A DNA stretch of 61,977 nt, the filler included, from Dirinaria sp. TL-2023a (Eukaryota): the NCBI GenBank assembly GCA_051941275.1. It is 22 parts of 22 records of this genome, joined end to end, with 100 filler letters (N's around TTAATTAATTAA, not from the genome) between each part and the next. Parts side by side here need not be neighbours in the genome. Positions count along the whole stretch, not along the records: positions 25,601 to 28,331 come from JAVEBF010002210.1; positions 28,432 to 31,160 come from JAVEBF010002211.1; positions 31,261 to 33,984 come from JAVEBF010002212.1; positions 34,085 to 36,802 come from JAVEBF010002213.1; positions 36,903 to 39,613 come from JAVEBF010002214.1; 17 more parts are not named here. The stretch is one strand, 5' to 3'. How positions within the stretch are numbered: position 1 is the first letter of the stretch; each line of letters starts with the position of its first letter. Below are positions 26,087 through 37,097 of the stretch, one piece after another. Below the pieces are notes generated by a model, which ran no database searches, was not told where the DNA came from, and was given only the letters and a program-made list of their open reading frames with translations. A program made the translations under genes and the position numbers.

Positions 26087-26621
26087 TTACCGCCCCGTAC
26101 CAGCAACCCAAACGACAGCGGCTACTATTGTGGCCAAAACAGCCGCAAATACCGCCGCAGGCCAAAACAACCCGCCTGTCATGGCAACCGAAGTCAGAGT
26201 AGCAAAGATTCCGGCAGCAGGTGTAAAGGCCCCGTAAAACACAGACTGAAAGAGAGCGGCGGCGGTGCCTGATACAATAATTAACGGCCTCTTAGAATTA
26301 AACCAAGTTGGTCTCTTACCTGCGACGACGCCACGCCGCCCAAATCCCATTCCCAGGAGAATAGTGACAATGATGGTGAATGTGATCGACCAAGCGAAGA
26401 TCACTATCAGGACGTCTGATTACTTGTTAGCTCTAGCCTGACAAGGGAGTAAGTATGGAAACCATACATGGCTGCTTTATCCATTCCCAGAGTCCGTGTC
26501 TGTGCTCTGCCAACCAAGCCCAGGCTTGTAATGCAAACGATCGGTTATGGATGAGATGGCCCATACAGCCAGTGATACCGGAAGTTCCGGTGCAATTGAA
26601 GCCTGCATAGAGGAGATACAT
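26087..26621 (-). CDS. Small membrane protein, IFI6/IFI27 (ISG12)-like, introns 26416-26467 and 26269-26319
   Basis: After splicing: LGMGFGRRGVVAGTAAALFQSVFYGAFTPAAGIFATLTSVAMTG, the GF..G..AG..AA..QS..G..FA.L.S pattern. Confidence 0.7.
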
Positions 26622-27399
26622 TTTGATTTGCTATAGACTCACTTTGTGCCCACACATGGGTGGAGTGTATTAACCGTCAAGCAAATGCAGAGTCAAATTG
26701 GGTTCTGAAGAGGAGTTTTGCTGTTGCCACGGTCCGATATTTAGCCGAGTGAAATGCTACCCTCGTCTGTGGTCAAAGTCTAGCTTGCCTGCTATACTTT
26801 GAAACCCTCTTATCACATGTGTAAAAGTCTATCTCAAACAGCAACTTGCAGGGAAAGGTGGGTTTACCCTGGTCTAAAAGCGGAACAGGTTGGTGGAGGT
26901 AGGCTCCTGGTTGGCAATGAAAATGGGTGGCTTTTGTTAGACAGCGGCAGGGCAAGTGACCCACTTTCATTGTTAGCCAGGAGGTGCGCTAGCCTCGGTG
27001 CCGCTGCCAAGGCCCTCGTTGCCTACCAACCACCGCACCTTGCGCGGGCGTCTTTGTAACAACGTCAACAGATTTGGGCGGCGGCTTTTGGATCCATCAA
27101 AAGATCAAGGTAAACAGCCACCCTAATTGTAAACCGTTCTTCAACTGACGACCTGCAGCAGCACAACCACGCGGTGGCGATCGAAAAAGGTCGATTGCGC
27201 CTGTTCGTAAAAGTGCACGCCTTATTCAACGATCAAAGACTCAAGAGCAACTATTTCAGCTCCCTTCGCCAACCAGTATTACGCCTGACGAAGAGGTATG
27301 GTCTACAACCCCTTGGTGTCAAACTACGATCACTGATGTCCACAGAAATCAGTTAAAAGCTTCAATCCAGGTCGAAAGCGAAAGAGGAGTGAAGAGTTT

Positions 27400-27876
27400 G
27401 GACAAAATTACAACACTGAAGCCAAAGGAGCTGCCCGTACACCTCCCCAATCCCAGAAAAGGCCTGTCCGAAAACGTCAACGAACAACACCTTCAACAAG
27501 TTCAGCACGTACAAATCTTCCTGGCGGTACCGAAAGCGCGAGCCTCAACCCTATCCAGTGTTGGGTCGAAGAAGGAAGCTGATCTGGAGGAAATTTCGGC
27601 CAAGACAGCAATATGGCCCATTCTCTCACTCCGAAGAGGTCAACTCCGTCTCTCAGCAAACATGAATCAGATATAAGCGGAGTTTCTCTGAGAGAAGGAA
27701 AGAACCCTCTTGTGAAAAGTCGGCGTTATCAGCAAGTACTGGAATCTCTGGGCATTCACATGGGCCAGCCCGAACAACACTTACGAGCTAGCCAAACGGA
27801 CGAGGTCCTTTGCCAAGGCCTACTCAAGGAAGAACTGTTAACTAATAATGGGTTCGTTAGGGAAGCCAAGTACTAG
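27400..27876 (+). pseudogene. Decayed member of a widespread fungal hypothetical protein family (DUF7924-type N-terminal region)
   Basis: NPIQCWVEEGS*SG..MAHSLTPKRSTPSL..REGKNPLVKSRRYQQVLESLGIHM..LCQGLL; in-frame TGA at 27580 at a probable Trp; truncated downstream. Confidence 0.45.
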
Positions 27877-30800
27877 TCAGGGTTATGTGGCAATGTGCAA
27901 CAGTACGGGAAACAGTAACTCGATTTCTATCAAGACTAATTACTGAGGAGCTCAAGTCCTCAAGGTGGGAACGTCCCCTTTAAGCTATACGACCTCACAA
28001 ATGCCAGGCGATATTGCGGGTGTATCGTGCTCACGTCTACTTAGAGACGATAAGACGATGACATCAAGCTATCTAGAAGTTCTCGACATCCCTTTCCGAT
28101 CTTAAGAACACGGAGGAACCTTCTCAAGAGACTTTCATCCACCTCGCTTAACACTGCACTAAACTCCATTGATCGGAATATTATGACAACAGCCTCTCCT
28201 TCTAGAATGCTGATCCTTTAGCATCGATCAATCAAGTGAGTTGTCGACTCTGTATTCTTCTTATTCTTGAAGTAAGACTTCAAAACAAAGCATATAATAA
28301 TAGAACCTCTAGATCCTGAATTCTTAATATGNNNNNNNNNNNNNNNNNNNNNNNNNNNNNNNNNNNNNNNNNNNNTTAATTAATTAANNNNNNNNNNNNN
28401 NNNNNNNNNNNNNNNNNNNNNNNNNNNNNNNGACTTCAGCAATGAATACATCAAAGACTTCACAACTGAGAAACGAGGAAAAACATACTTCGCTTTCTGA
28501 ATTCAACTCGAGCTCACTACGACGCTGATATTTCAATGCGTTTATTTTTTGAAGACTTATTACGATGATTGCCTGAGGAATGACAGTGTCATCGTGAGAA
28601 TCAATACTTTTTAGTAAGTGGCTCAACGTAGCCGAAAGAAAAAGTAAAAAAGGGAAAAAAGGGAAAGAAATCAAAGCACTATCGCACTTATTTCTAGCCC
28701 CCTTCACAGTCCTAGCATCGTTCTTCAGGATTGAGGTTATACTCTTATAACCGAGGCCGTTCACCTAATGTGCTATATTAATCGACAAGAAAGGTATGAT
28801 CGGTTCAAAAGTAGCGAAAAAGTAAAACGATCTAACAAAGTGGAAAAGTGAATTGTTCGACGGATACAAAATCTTGTTTGGCTCAATAGAAAATGCACGA
28901 TTAGAACGTAACAACATTCAGAAATGGCTTGCGAGTTCCTCCCACTTCAAACTAGAATTGCGCTCCACGGCTTCAGCTTCATTCAATGAGGCACGTGTGA
29001 ATGACTAGCAAGATGCGGATGCAAAATCGAAAGAAAAACCCTTGAAGCAGGTGCCATTAAAGGCTGTCTCGCAGGCTTGTAATAGGGGCACGAAAACTAT
29101 TTGAGTCTGCAAATCGTCTCACAGAATCATATCATCATCAAAGCTTCATCGATATCACATCAAACATTTCGATTCATCGCAGACATCGAACTAATAACTT
29201 GTTATCTTCTTCAAGCAAAATGTGCAATGGCCGCGATTGCGATTGATCTTTTACCCTATCTTACGCTCTATCTTTTTCGCTTGGCCGAGTCTGCAGTCAA
29301 GCTGCACAAAGAAGATGACAAAGTCTTCTTTTATGAAATTCACAAACAGACCGCAGACAGGATTCTCGCATGTCATTCGTCTAAGCATTCAGAGATCTTA
29401 CCCCGTTCTGATAAGGCAGTTCATGTTCTAGATATATCTGGGGGGAGGCCTTGTGCCAGGACTTGACTGACTCGGTTCATATTAGCGATCATGGTGATTT
29501 GAAGGACATGACAATTGGTGTACATTGAACGTCTACACACGTCAGGATGTCAAAAATAGTCAGCACGTGACCGCGAATCGATGTTTCTAGGAGAGCGCCA
29601 CACTATGAGTCAGCTAGATGTATTGTCGTATACAATACAGATAGCGATCTATTTAATATGTAATGATGTAAGCGCGCTAAACCCAAATGTTAAGACATGC
29701 TACAGACTCATCTGCACGGATAAATTCGGAGTGTATGCTTCCAAGGGCTAAATGTCTTTAAAGCTGAGAGTATCTTCTTTCATTATAGAACTATCAATCT
29801 AATACTCCGAAATTTGAAATTCTAAAGATAATTGTAGCGCAGCAGGGGTGCAAAGCGAATGCAGTTCTGGGCGCTCTAAAAGGAACGAGGGACAGCGTGA
29901 TGAAGATCACTATAATTTTTGTAGCTGGATACTATTTTCTGGAGGGAAATCACTAAAAATAATACCATTTTAATTAGAATGCGATAGAATTGCGGGAGAG
30001 AGAGTTGAGATGTATAAACAATGGATTCATTCCGGCACAGAGGGTTTTTCGCTACCCAGAGGGGGACGTTATTTCAACTCCTCAGACTGGAAGCGGGTAA
30101 GCATGACTAGCTGAGCATGCTCGGGCTAATGCCCACACGCGTGAGCATAACCTATCAAATGATCTCTGCGCGTTATCAAGAAATATTAAATTCTCTCTGG
30201 TTTTAAGTTCACCTGCTTTGCATCACATCGGAAAGCTGCAACATGGAAAACTGTGCTTCGATTATCATACGCTATCTAGAGATCTCATAGCTTGCTAGGC
30301 TAGATAACGTCCTCGTCGGAACATGCTAAATCCCCAGGCATGGACTTTTCTGCCAAACTGGCGGTGTATCATTTCTTGCTTTTCTCTCCCTTGCCGAAGA
30401 TCTGCATACACATTCATGCGCCTTTCCGTTGGAATAAAGGTATAAAAAACATTACGGCTATTTACAGAAGGCGACGTATGAAAGCAGTCGAGAATTTCTT
30501 ACGTGTAGATGGAATACGGCTACATAGTAAAATTTTCTATCTCTCTGCGGGGACTCATCTTGAAGTATATGGTTCCCCCCGGGGTTTACTGTGAGCTAAG
30601 TGGATGACTGGTCTACATATGCGCCAATGATTTCAGGATTCTCCAACTATCCTTCGCTTTCCTGAAGAAATCTAGAACTGGGAACAGGAAAGCATTGCCA
30701 ATATGCAGACATGGTCCTGCTATGAAGAGAGTGCAAGGAGAAAGATTCAGGACATTCTCAGATCTTGCAAGATGTGGGAAGCCTCTTGCATGCGGGATTT

Positions 30801-31284
30801 CTCTATAAAGTGACTTCTGAAATGAATGCAGATTGTCTCCTTGCATAAATTGATAGCATACATATGTCATCAGCAAGGGAGATTCTGATAGCTCTTCTAT
30901 CCTGTTCCGCGGACATCTATCTTTATGAACATCACTTATCATGCTTCTCTTGTGACAAGCTCAACACAGAATGATATCAGCTTCTGAGCAGCATTTTATA
31001 CGTGACAAGACGAGGGAAGCGCAATCAACACAAGAAGATTCAAGCACTTCCATCACGCGAGGTCGTTCTACTATCATCTCATCGTTGATTGGATTCGGAT
31101 GTAGCAGTGATTGCAACAACTCGAAAAAGCTCAGTCAGAAGACGCATATGAGCGTTATTANNNNNNNNNNNNNNNNNNNNNNNNNNNNNNNNNNNNNNNN
31201 NNNNTTAATTAATTAANNNNNNNNNNNNNNNNNNNNNNNNNNNNNNNNNNNNNNNNNNNNTTCCAGAAGTGGTTCGGGTCGCTT

Positions 31285-32350
31285 TGGGAGAACTCGCTGG
31301 GAGAGCATTCCTCACGGCCAGAAGTTGAAATTCTGCCATGACGGTACTCTGAAGGAGTACTCTCTACGGCCAGAAGCTAAGAGCTGGCTAAGGGAGTATT
31401 CGTCGAGGTACTGATGAGGAAGCATTCTTAACGGCTACAAAGCTGAGGTCTGCCGTGAGAGTACGCGCTGAGGGAGGAGTAAGGGAAGCACTCTCGACGG
31501 CTAGAACTTAGATCTGCCGTGAAAGTACTCGTGAGGAGAGCACTCTTGACGGCTAAAAGCTGAGGTCTGCCGTGGGAGTAATGCGCTGAGGGGGTATTCG
31601 TTGGGAGAGCACTCTTAACAGCTAAAAGCTGTCTGCCGTTGGAGTATGCGCTGAGGGAGTACTCGTTGGGAGAGCACTCTTAACGGCTGCTGAGGCTCGC
31701 TGAGGAAGTACTCGCTGAGGAAGTACTCGTGAGGAGCAGTCTCAACGGCTAAAAGCTGAGGTCTGACGTGAGTGTATGCGCTGAGGGAGTAGTCGTTGAA
31801 AGAGCGCTCCCCTCAGCAAGACATTGAGGGTCCGTTACGAAAGTACTCGCCGAGGAAGTATTCGCCGAGAGAGTATTCATTAAACGATCACTCACTAGCA
31901 GAACACTCTTCACATTCAAAAATTGAGGGTCTCCGCCAGAAACGTACTTGCAGAGAGGGTACTCACTGGGGTAGCACTCACCGACAGTTAAGAGTGCTCT
32001 CCTCACGAGTACTTCCCCAGCGAGTACTTCCTCAGCGAGTACTTTCACGGTCGACCTTAGCCATCAAGTTTTGGGAGGGGAATCCTCTCTCAGTGGGTAC
32101 TCTCTCAGTGGGTACTCCCTCAGTGGATACTCCCTCGATGAGTACTCCCATAGAAGACCCTCAATTTTTGAATGTGAAGAGTGTTTTGCCAGTGAGTGAT
32201 CGCTCAGCGAATACTCTCTTGGCGGAGGGAGATCGCTCTCTCTCAGCGCATACTTCACGGCAGACCTCAGCTTTTAGCCGCAAGACATTGAGTAGTCTAG
32301 AGAGCACTCGCTGAGCAATCACTCGCTGGGAGAGCGCTCTTCACGGTCAA
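31285..32350. repeat. Complex minisatellite with inverted (fold-back) organisation
   Basis: About 7 degenerate 50-66-bp units ACGGCTAAAAGCTGAGGTCTGCCGT..GAGAGCACTCTT plus 15-bp GAGTACTCGCTGAGG-like subunits; inverted copies at 31885-31932/32155-32202 and 31746-31785/32242-32280. Confidence 0.85.
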
Positions 32351-33540
32351 AAGTCGCCGTGTGCAGGGCGTAAGCGCACCGACTTGATATAGTAGAGGTG
32401 TCTGGAGATTATACTGTTCTCGGTCGCAAGCGGCAATGGTGAAGGGAGACGAGGCACTAATGAGGCCCGCGATCGGATGAGATTCTAGCGAGGCTGGGTA
32501 AACTTAGTTAGCGGAAACGTCTCGATTCGGTCTAGCGTTCCCTGGCGGCTTTGCACAACTTCTGTGGAAGCAGCACATGCGTTAATCGTCGCCTGCAACC
32601 CCCACACGGTGGCTGAACTGAGGTTGATCTTTACTTTTGGCAGCGACGACGAGCCTCATGCTGCAAACGGGCTATAGACGCTGTTTCTCGTATTCTAGTA
32701 TTTTTCTGCTTTGTCGACTTCGGCACGACAGGTTTAACATCAGGAACGTCTAGCCGATCTGTATGCATGATGAGTTGGCAGTGTTATCTTACTGATTGAA
32801 GTTTCTGTAAAGAAAATTTACTCTGCTCCATGCTATTTTGCTTTCTCTGTCTAATTCCCACTCCGAGCCCTATGCCGATGATGACGGCTGTATCGATAAA
32901 CGATATACTTACTGTTCTTGCACTGTAGCAAAGGTACGAATTTCTGTTGTTGTTTAGGTTCTCAATGCTTTGGTTCGAGTTCTCCCTGACGTTGTTGCGA
33001 TTCGTCTGAAGATCGGAGAGAGACATTACTTGAGTCTGTCCGCTAAGAAAGAACATCGTTCGTGCTTTTTGCTGACTTGAATCACAAAGACGTGGTGGAA
33101 AAGCTACACGAACTTGAAACCCTCATGAAGTATCGTTTTATAAGAAGACTTCGTTCTTTCATCGTTCTCACCTCGACTGTGCTTCTTTAAAGAGAGCTTC
33201 AGTCTGACGCATATCAGCACATCGAGCTTTCTCATCTTTCATCTCTCACAAAGCTCGGCTGTATATTTTCAGAAGTTTTCTGCTTTTCCCACTCTCTATG
33301 CAGCCTGCTATACTTCAAGAAGCCCAAGCTCATAGTCATTAAATCAAAATCTAACACATGGTCTGTCGATCCCAAAGATTATATACTCACTGAACGCTTA
33401 ATTTCTTATCAAAGTCAGCAGATCATAATCGAAACATCGTCAATTGAGCATATGCACTACTCAATGACGCTAAAATAGGTTGAAATGATTCTGTATAGCT
33501 GCTGAATTTGGCATTTGATCTTGACCCCCACTCTCATACA

Positions 33541-33985
33541 ATGGATGCCCTGAGTGACGTTGCGAGCGTCACGCAGCTTATTGCCTACAGTCACGTTGTA
33601 GTCCAGCGATTAGTGCAGCTCTATAAAGCTGCGCAGAAGGGCTCATCCTGTTGCCAAACACAACGATTCAATATTCGCTTCTTACTCGAATTAACCCAAC
33701 GCATCTGCGCAGACGAAGCGCTCAACACCGAAGCCATCCTGTCTTTGCTAATCGCCACGGTCAATCTCGCGAATTCGCTTCTTAAAATTACTTCAGCTCA
33801 AAGGTACATTGTACAATCATTGGCTTTGAGTCAGCAAGAATCAAGAGATTGAGATCACGTTCTCTGCGCTGAACGACAAAACTCGTCTGCTTCAGTTACA
33901 TATCACGAAAAGAATCTACAGCATCATGACACACGTAAAAAAAGATATCAAGCACATGAATCAGAGTCTTAAACGTCATTCATCN
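33541..33985 (+). pseudogene. Decayed fungal STAND/NLR N-terminal (HeLo-like/SesA-type) gene fragment
   Basis: MDALSDVASVTQLIAYS..VVQRLVQLY N-terminal amphipathic motif; apparent frameshift near 33790; transition-rich decay. Confidence 0.45.
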
Positions 33986-34084
33986 NNNNNNNNNNNNNNN
34001 NNNNNNNNNNNNNNNNNNNNNNNNNNNNTTAATTAATTAANNNNNNNNNNNNNNNNNNNNNNNNNNNNNNNNNNNNNNNNNNNN

Positions 34085-34745
34085 GTTTTAAGATCGTGAA
34101 ATAAATTAATATATCGTCAAAATAAACGATCACAAAATCGTTTAAATATTTTTTGAGTGCATCGTTAATCATTTTTTAACATGTTGCAAACGCGTTTGTG
34201 AGTTTAAATAACATGATTAAATATTCATAATATTCATATTGAGTTCGAAAAATTGTTTTTCATTTCTCGTTTTCTCTCATTCGTATGAGATTGTAAGTTT
34301 TTTTTAAGTTCAATTTGATTAAGTATCTAGCTTTTGATAAACGATTCTGTAATTTTTCAATATTGAGTAATGAATATCGATTTTTCACAGTTATACTATT
34401 TAGCTTTCGATAATCGACACATAAACGTAATGTTTCGTTCTTCTTGAGTACAAAAAGAATCGAGTATTCTGTCGATGATTGCGATTTTCGTATAAAACTC
34501 TTTTTTAAATTTTTCTTCAGATACTTTTTAAGAACTGTCAATTCTTTTTCTGATAGAGCATAAATAGATTCAAACGTCGAATTCGTATCTGACATGAGCT
34601 TAATTTTATAATCTCACGTTTGATATTTAGATAAAATCTTGCTACCTTTCTCTTTATAAAACAGATGCTCTCATTGATTATAAATATCGAGTACTCTGCG
34701 TGAAGATTCACTTTTCTTAATCGTATTTTTATGATATTTCGAAGA
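34085..34745 (-). mobile_element. Ty3/gypsy LTR retrotransposon reverse transcriptase, heavily C>T mutated pseudogene
   Basis: LRLCVDYRKLNSITVKNRY..KLNL..YNLIRM.ENEK*KTIFRT.YEYYEYLIMLFKLTNA..*..YLNDFVIVYFDDILIY (YxDD motif). Confidence 0.93.
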
Positions 34746-34749
34746 TGCG

Positions 34750-34894
34750 TGTTACGATCCTGGTCTGACATCTAGGGCTAGCGAGAGGGTTAGGAACTGA
34801 TCAGTGAACCCTGAGCTTGATCAGTACTGAGCAGAAAGACTTGGTACTGAGCAAAAGATCTTGACAGTTCTGAGCAAGATGTATATAGAGTTTC
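34750..34894. mobile_element. Truncated LTR fragment
   Basis: Begins TGTTACG at a sharp composition change; internal GTACTGAGCA repeats; ends at TATATAGA where the next LTR begins. Confidence 0.5.
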
Positions 34895-35307
34895 TGTAAC
34901 AGTGATACCTGATACATTGGTATATATTGACCAATGCAGGCTAGCGCCGCTTGGCAGCCGGGGGTGCCCAGGGGCAATTCTTCGGGGTCTGAAGCATGAC
35001 TAGCGCCGCCTAGGAGCCAGCGTCGGAAGGTTGGATCCCGAGGCTAACTAGGAGCCAGTGAGCGGTTGACGCTTATAGAGCATTGTGTCTACGAGCGCTC
35101 GTGACCCGCCAGCGCGGGGCTCGTCATGGTGGGGCAATGTTGACGCTCGCGGTTAAGTATAGGGGACCACCCCCCCTTTCGGAGGGGGGTCCTTAGTGAT
35201 TAGTTCTAGCAGGAACTACAGTACCAGGTAGTCGTATAACCTATTACACTACCACGTCTTTCACATAAGTACTGCGCCGGCGGGTAACCGGCGCATACGA
35301 CCTTACA
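34895..35307 (+). mobile_element. GC-rich LTR (TGTAA...TTACA)
   Basis: Inverted termini TGTAA/TTACA, TATA-like TTAAGTATAGG near 35155 and two GC hairpins; no matching TSD seen. Confidence 0.6.
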
Positions 35308-36004
35308 GACGTCGAGAAAATGAGAATCAGACAAATCGTAACTGTTTCGCTAAACGAACTGTTTTTGAGAGCCGCGTGTCACTTTAAGTTTAGTTCGCAG
35401 AAAGTTGACAAAGTTCAAAACTTAAATATTCGAGCTCATTCGACGAAAAGAATAATTCTTACGATCTCGTGTAAAGAATAATTTATACTAAATAAGTTTA
35501 TCGTACAGCGATGAGTCGTCAATAAGACTGCAGATGCTAATCAGCTCGAAGCTAGCGCCATGAGCAAACGATTATAACGAGACACTAATCAAGTCGAGAT
35601 TGTTCAACATCAAATACATAGTATTTACTTGGGCTCGATAGAGATGCTGCTGCTAACTCATTTAGGGAAATAATGCTCTAGAACGATACTGCTGAATGTT
35701 CTCTGAGACTAGGGATTTCGTCGTCGATATGGTGAATAAACTTGCAAAGGATTAGGATTTCAGCGGTATAGATTCTGATTGAACATCTCTTAGGATTGTT
35801 CGACACTGCTCAATAGTGGGCTTAGATCAATCTGGATCTGATAAAAAAAATTTAAAAGCTCTTTTTTTTGATCTGGGGATTTGCTGGGAAACTAGGCAGA
35901 GGCTATAGAAATTAATACCAAAGCAGTGATCCGGTAACAGTGGCGAACGTTAATCACTATCTATTAGTGGCATAATATCTACGATGCAGCGCTTCTTATC
36001 ACAT

Positions 36005-36251
36005 TGTCATAGTCTGCACAGCGCTCATAAGCATATGGGTACTACTAGACCAGAATACTAAGTATAAAGAAGAAAAGAAGGAAAAAACCAGAAGCAGCAG
36101 AAGTATAAGTACAGGAGGTGTAAGCAACAAATAGGGGATCGGGTATGCGGGTAACACGCCTAGAAGGGTATAGTGCAAAATCCCTTAATATCAGAGTCCT
36201 CAGAGTCCTCCAGGGTCCACATATAGGTGCTTCCAGGTCAGGTTCATGACA
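36005..36251 (-). mobile_element. Solo LTR, 247 bp, with 5-bp TSD CACAT
   Basis: TGTCAT...ATGACA termini, flanked on both sides by CACAT (36000-36004 and 36252-36256). Confidence 0.88.
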
Positions 36252-36586
36252 CACATCACGAAAAATATATCTTCTATCATTCAACTTCTTGATCTTGTTT
36301 TCAAGGAGATCTCTCTATCTTCTCGTCGACGAAGGCTCGAAGACGATTGTTTCTGTCTTCGTGTTAGACAGCTCGTTCACTGTGACGAAAGAAAATATTT
36401 TCTTTAGGCCGCGCACGATGTGCCGCTCTACCGTCTGAGTGATGATGTTATCGATAAAAGTTTTTTGAGAAAGCTAAGCAGAGTGAGTGAGTGATAATCG
36501 ATCAGATGAGTGCACAAACTTACTAATTTTGTAAATCAAATATAGACAGTTTAGAGCTTCTTCACAGCTGTGATTCTTTATGTTCG

Positions 36587-36802
36587 TGTCAGGGCCTGCA
36601 CAGCGCTCAATGGCATATAAGTGCTAGTAGACTAGGACACTAACTATAAAGAAGAAAAGGAAAGGAAATCTATCTATAGGAAGACTCAAATAGGGACCCG
36701 GAGCAATATCGGTCCGGGGGGACGCTAGGCCTGATCATGTGACCTGATTATGTGATCTAATCTAAGGTGCTTCAGGTCTAGGTTCATGATATTATCTCCC
36801 CC
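36587..36802 (-). mobile_element. 3' LTR (36587-36791) of a related retroelement with its polypurine tract
   Basis: Shares CTGCACAGCGCTCA, TATAAAGAAGAAAAG and AGGTTCATGA with the 36005 LTR; on the minus strand GGGGGAGATAA directly precedes the LTR start. Confidence 0.78.
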
Positions 36803-36902
36803 NNNNNNNNNNNNNNNNNNNNNNNNNNNNNNNNNNNNNNNNNNNNTTAATTAATTAANNNNNNNNNNNNNNNNNNNNNNNNNNNNNNNNNNNNNNNNNN
36901 NN

Positions 36903-37058
36903 GGCGCCCACTAGGTGTACACCACCCTACTTTGCTCGCACACCACCTACACTTTGCTCGCACACCACCCTCCCCACTAAACCTATCTAGGCAGCCCCTA
37001 GACCTAATCGGGTAATCACCCCGAGATATTTTGAAATTTAGAAGTTTTACTATCAAAT
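36903..37058 (+). repeat. Left TIR of MULE
   Basis: Reverse complement of 39386-39541; contains two direct copies of ACTTTGCTCGCACACCACC. Confidence 0.95.
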
Positions 37059-37097
37059 GTTTACCCACGCGTTTCGCGTCTTCGCACACCACTTTCA

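Noticed and set aside
31749..32314. ORFs with REYPL/RKYSP repeats on both strands
   Set aside because: Best explained as by-products of the 15-bp palindromic repeat; no protein-family features
31285..32350. CRISPR array or hammerhead ribozyme array (CTGATGA/CTGAGGA present)
   Set aside because: Eukaryotic context, no unique spacers or cas genes, and no GAAA/stem III/UH completing a hammerhead core
35293..35340. CATACGACC resembling the 5' end of fungal 5S rRNA
   Set aside because: Similarity stops after ~9 nt and the site is the end of an LTR
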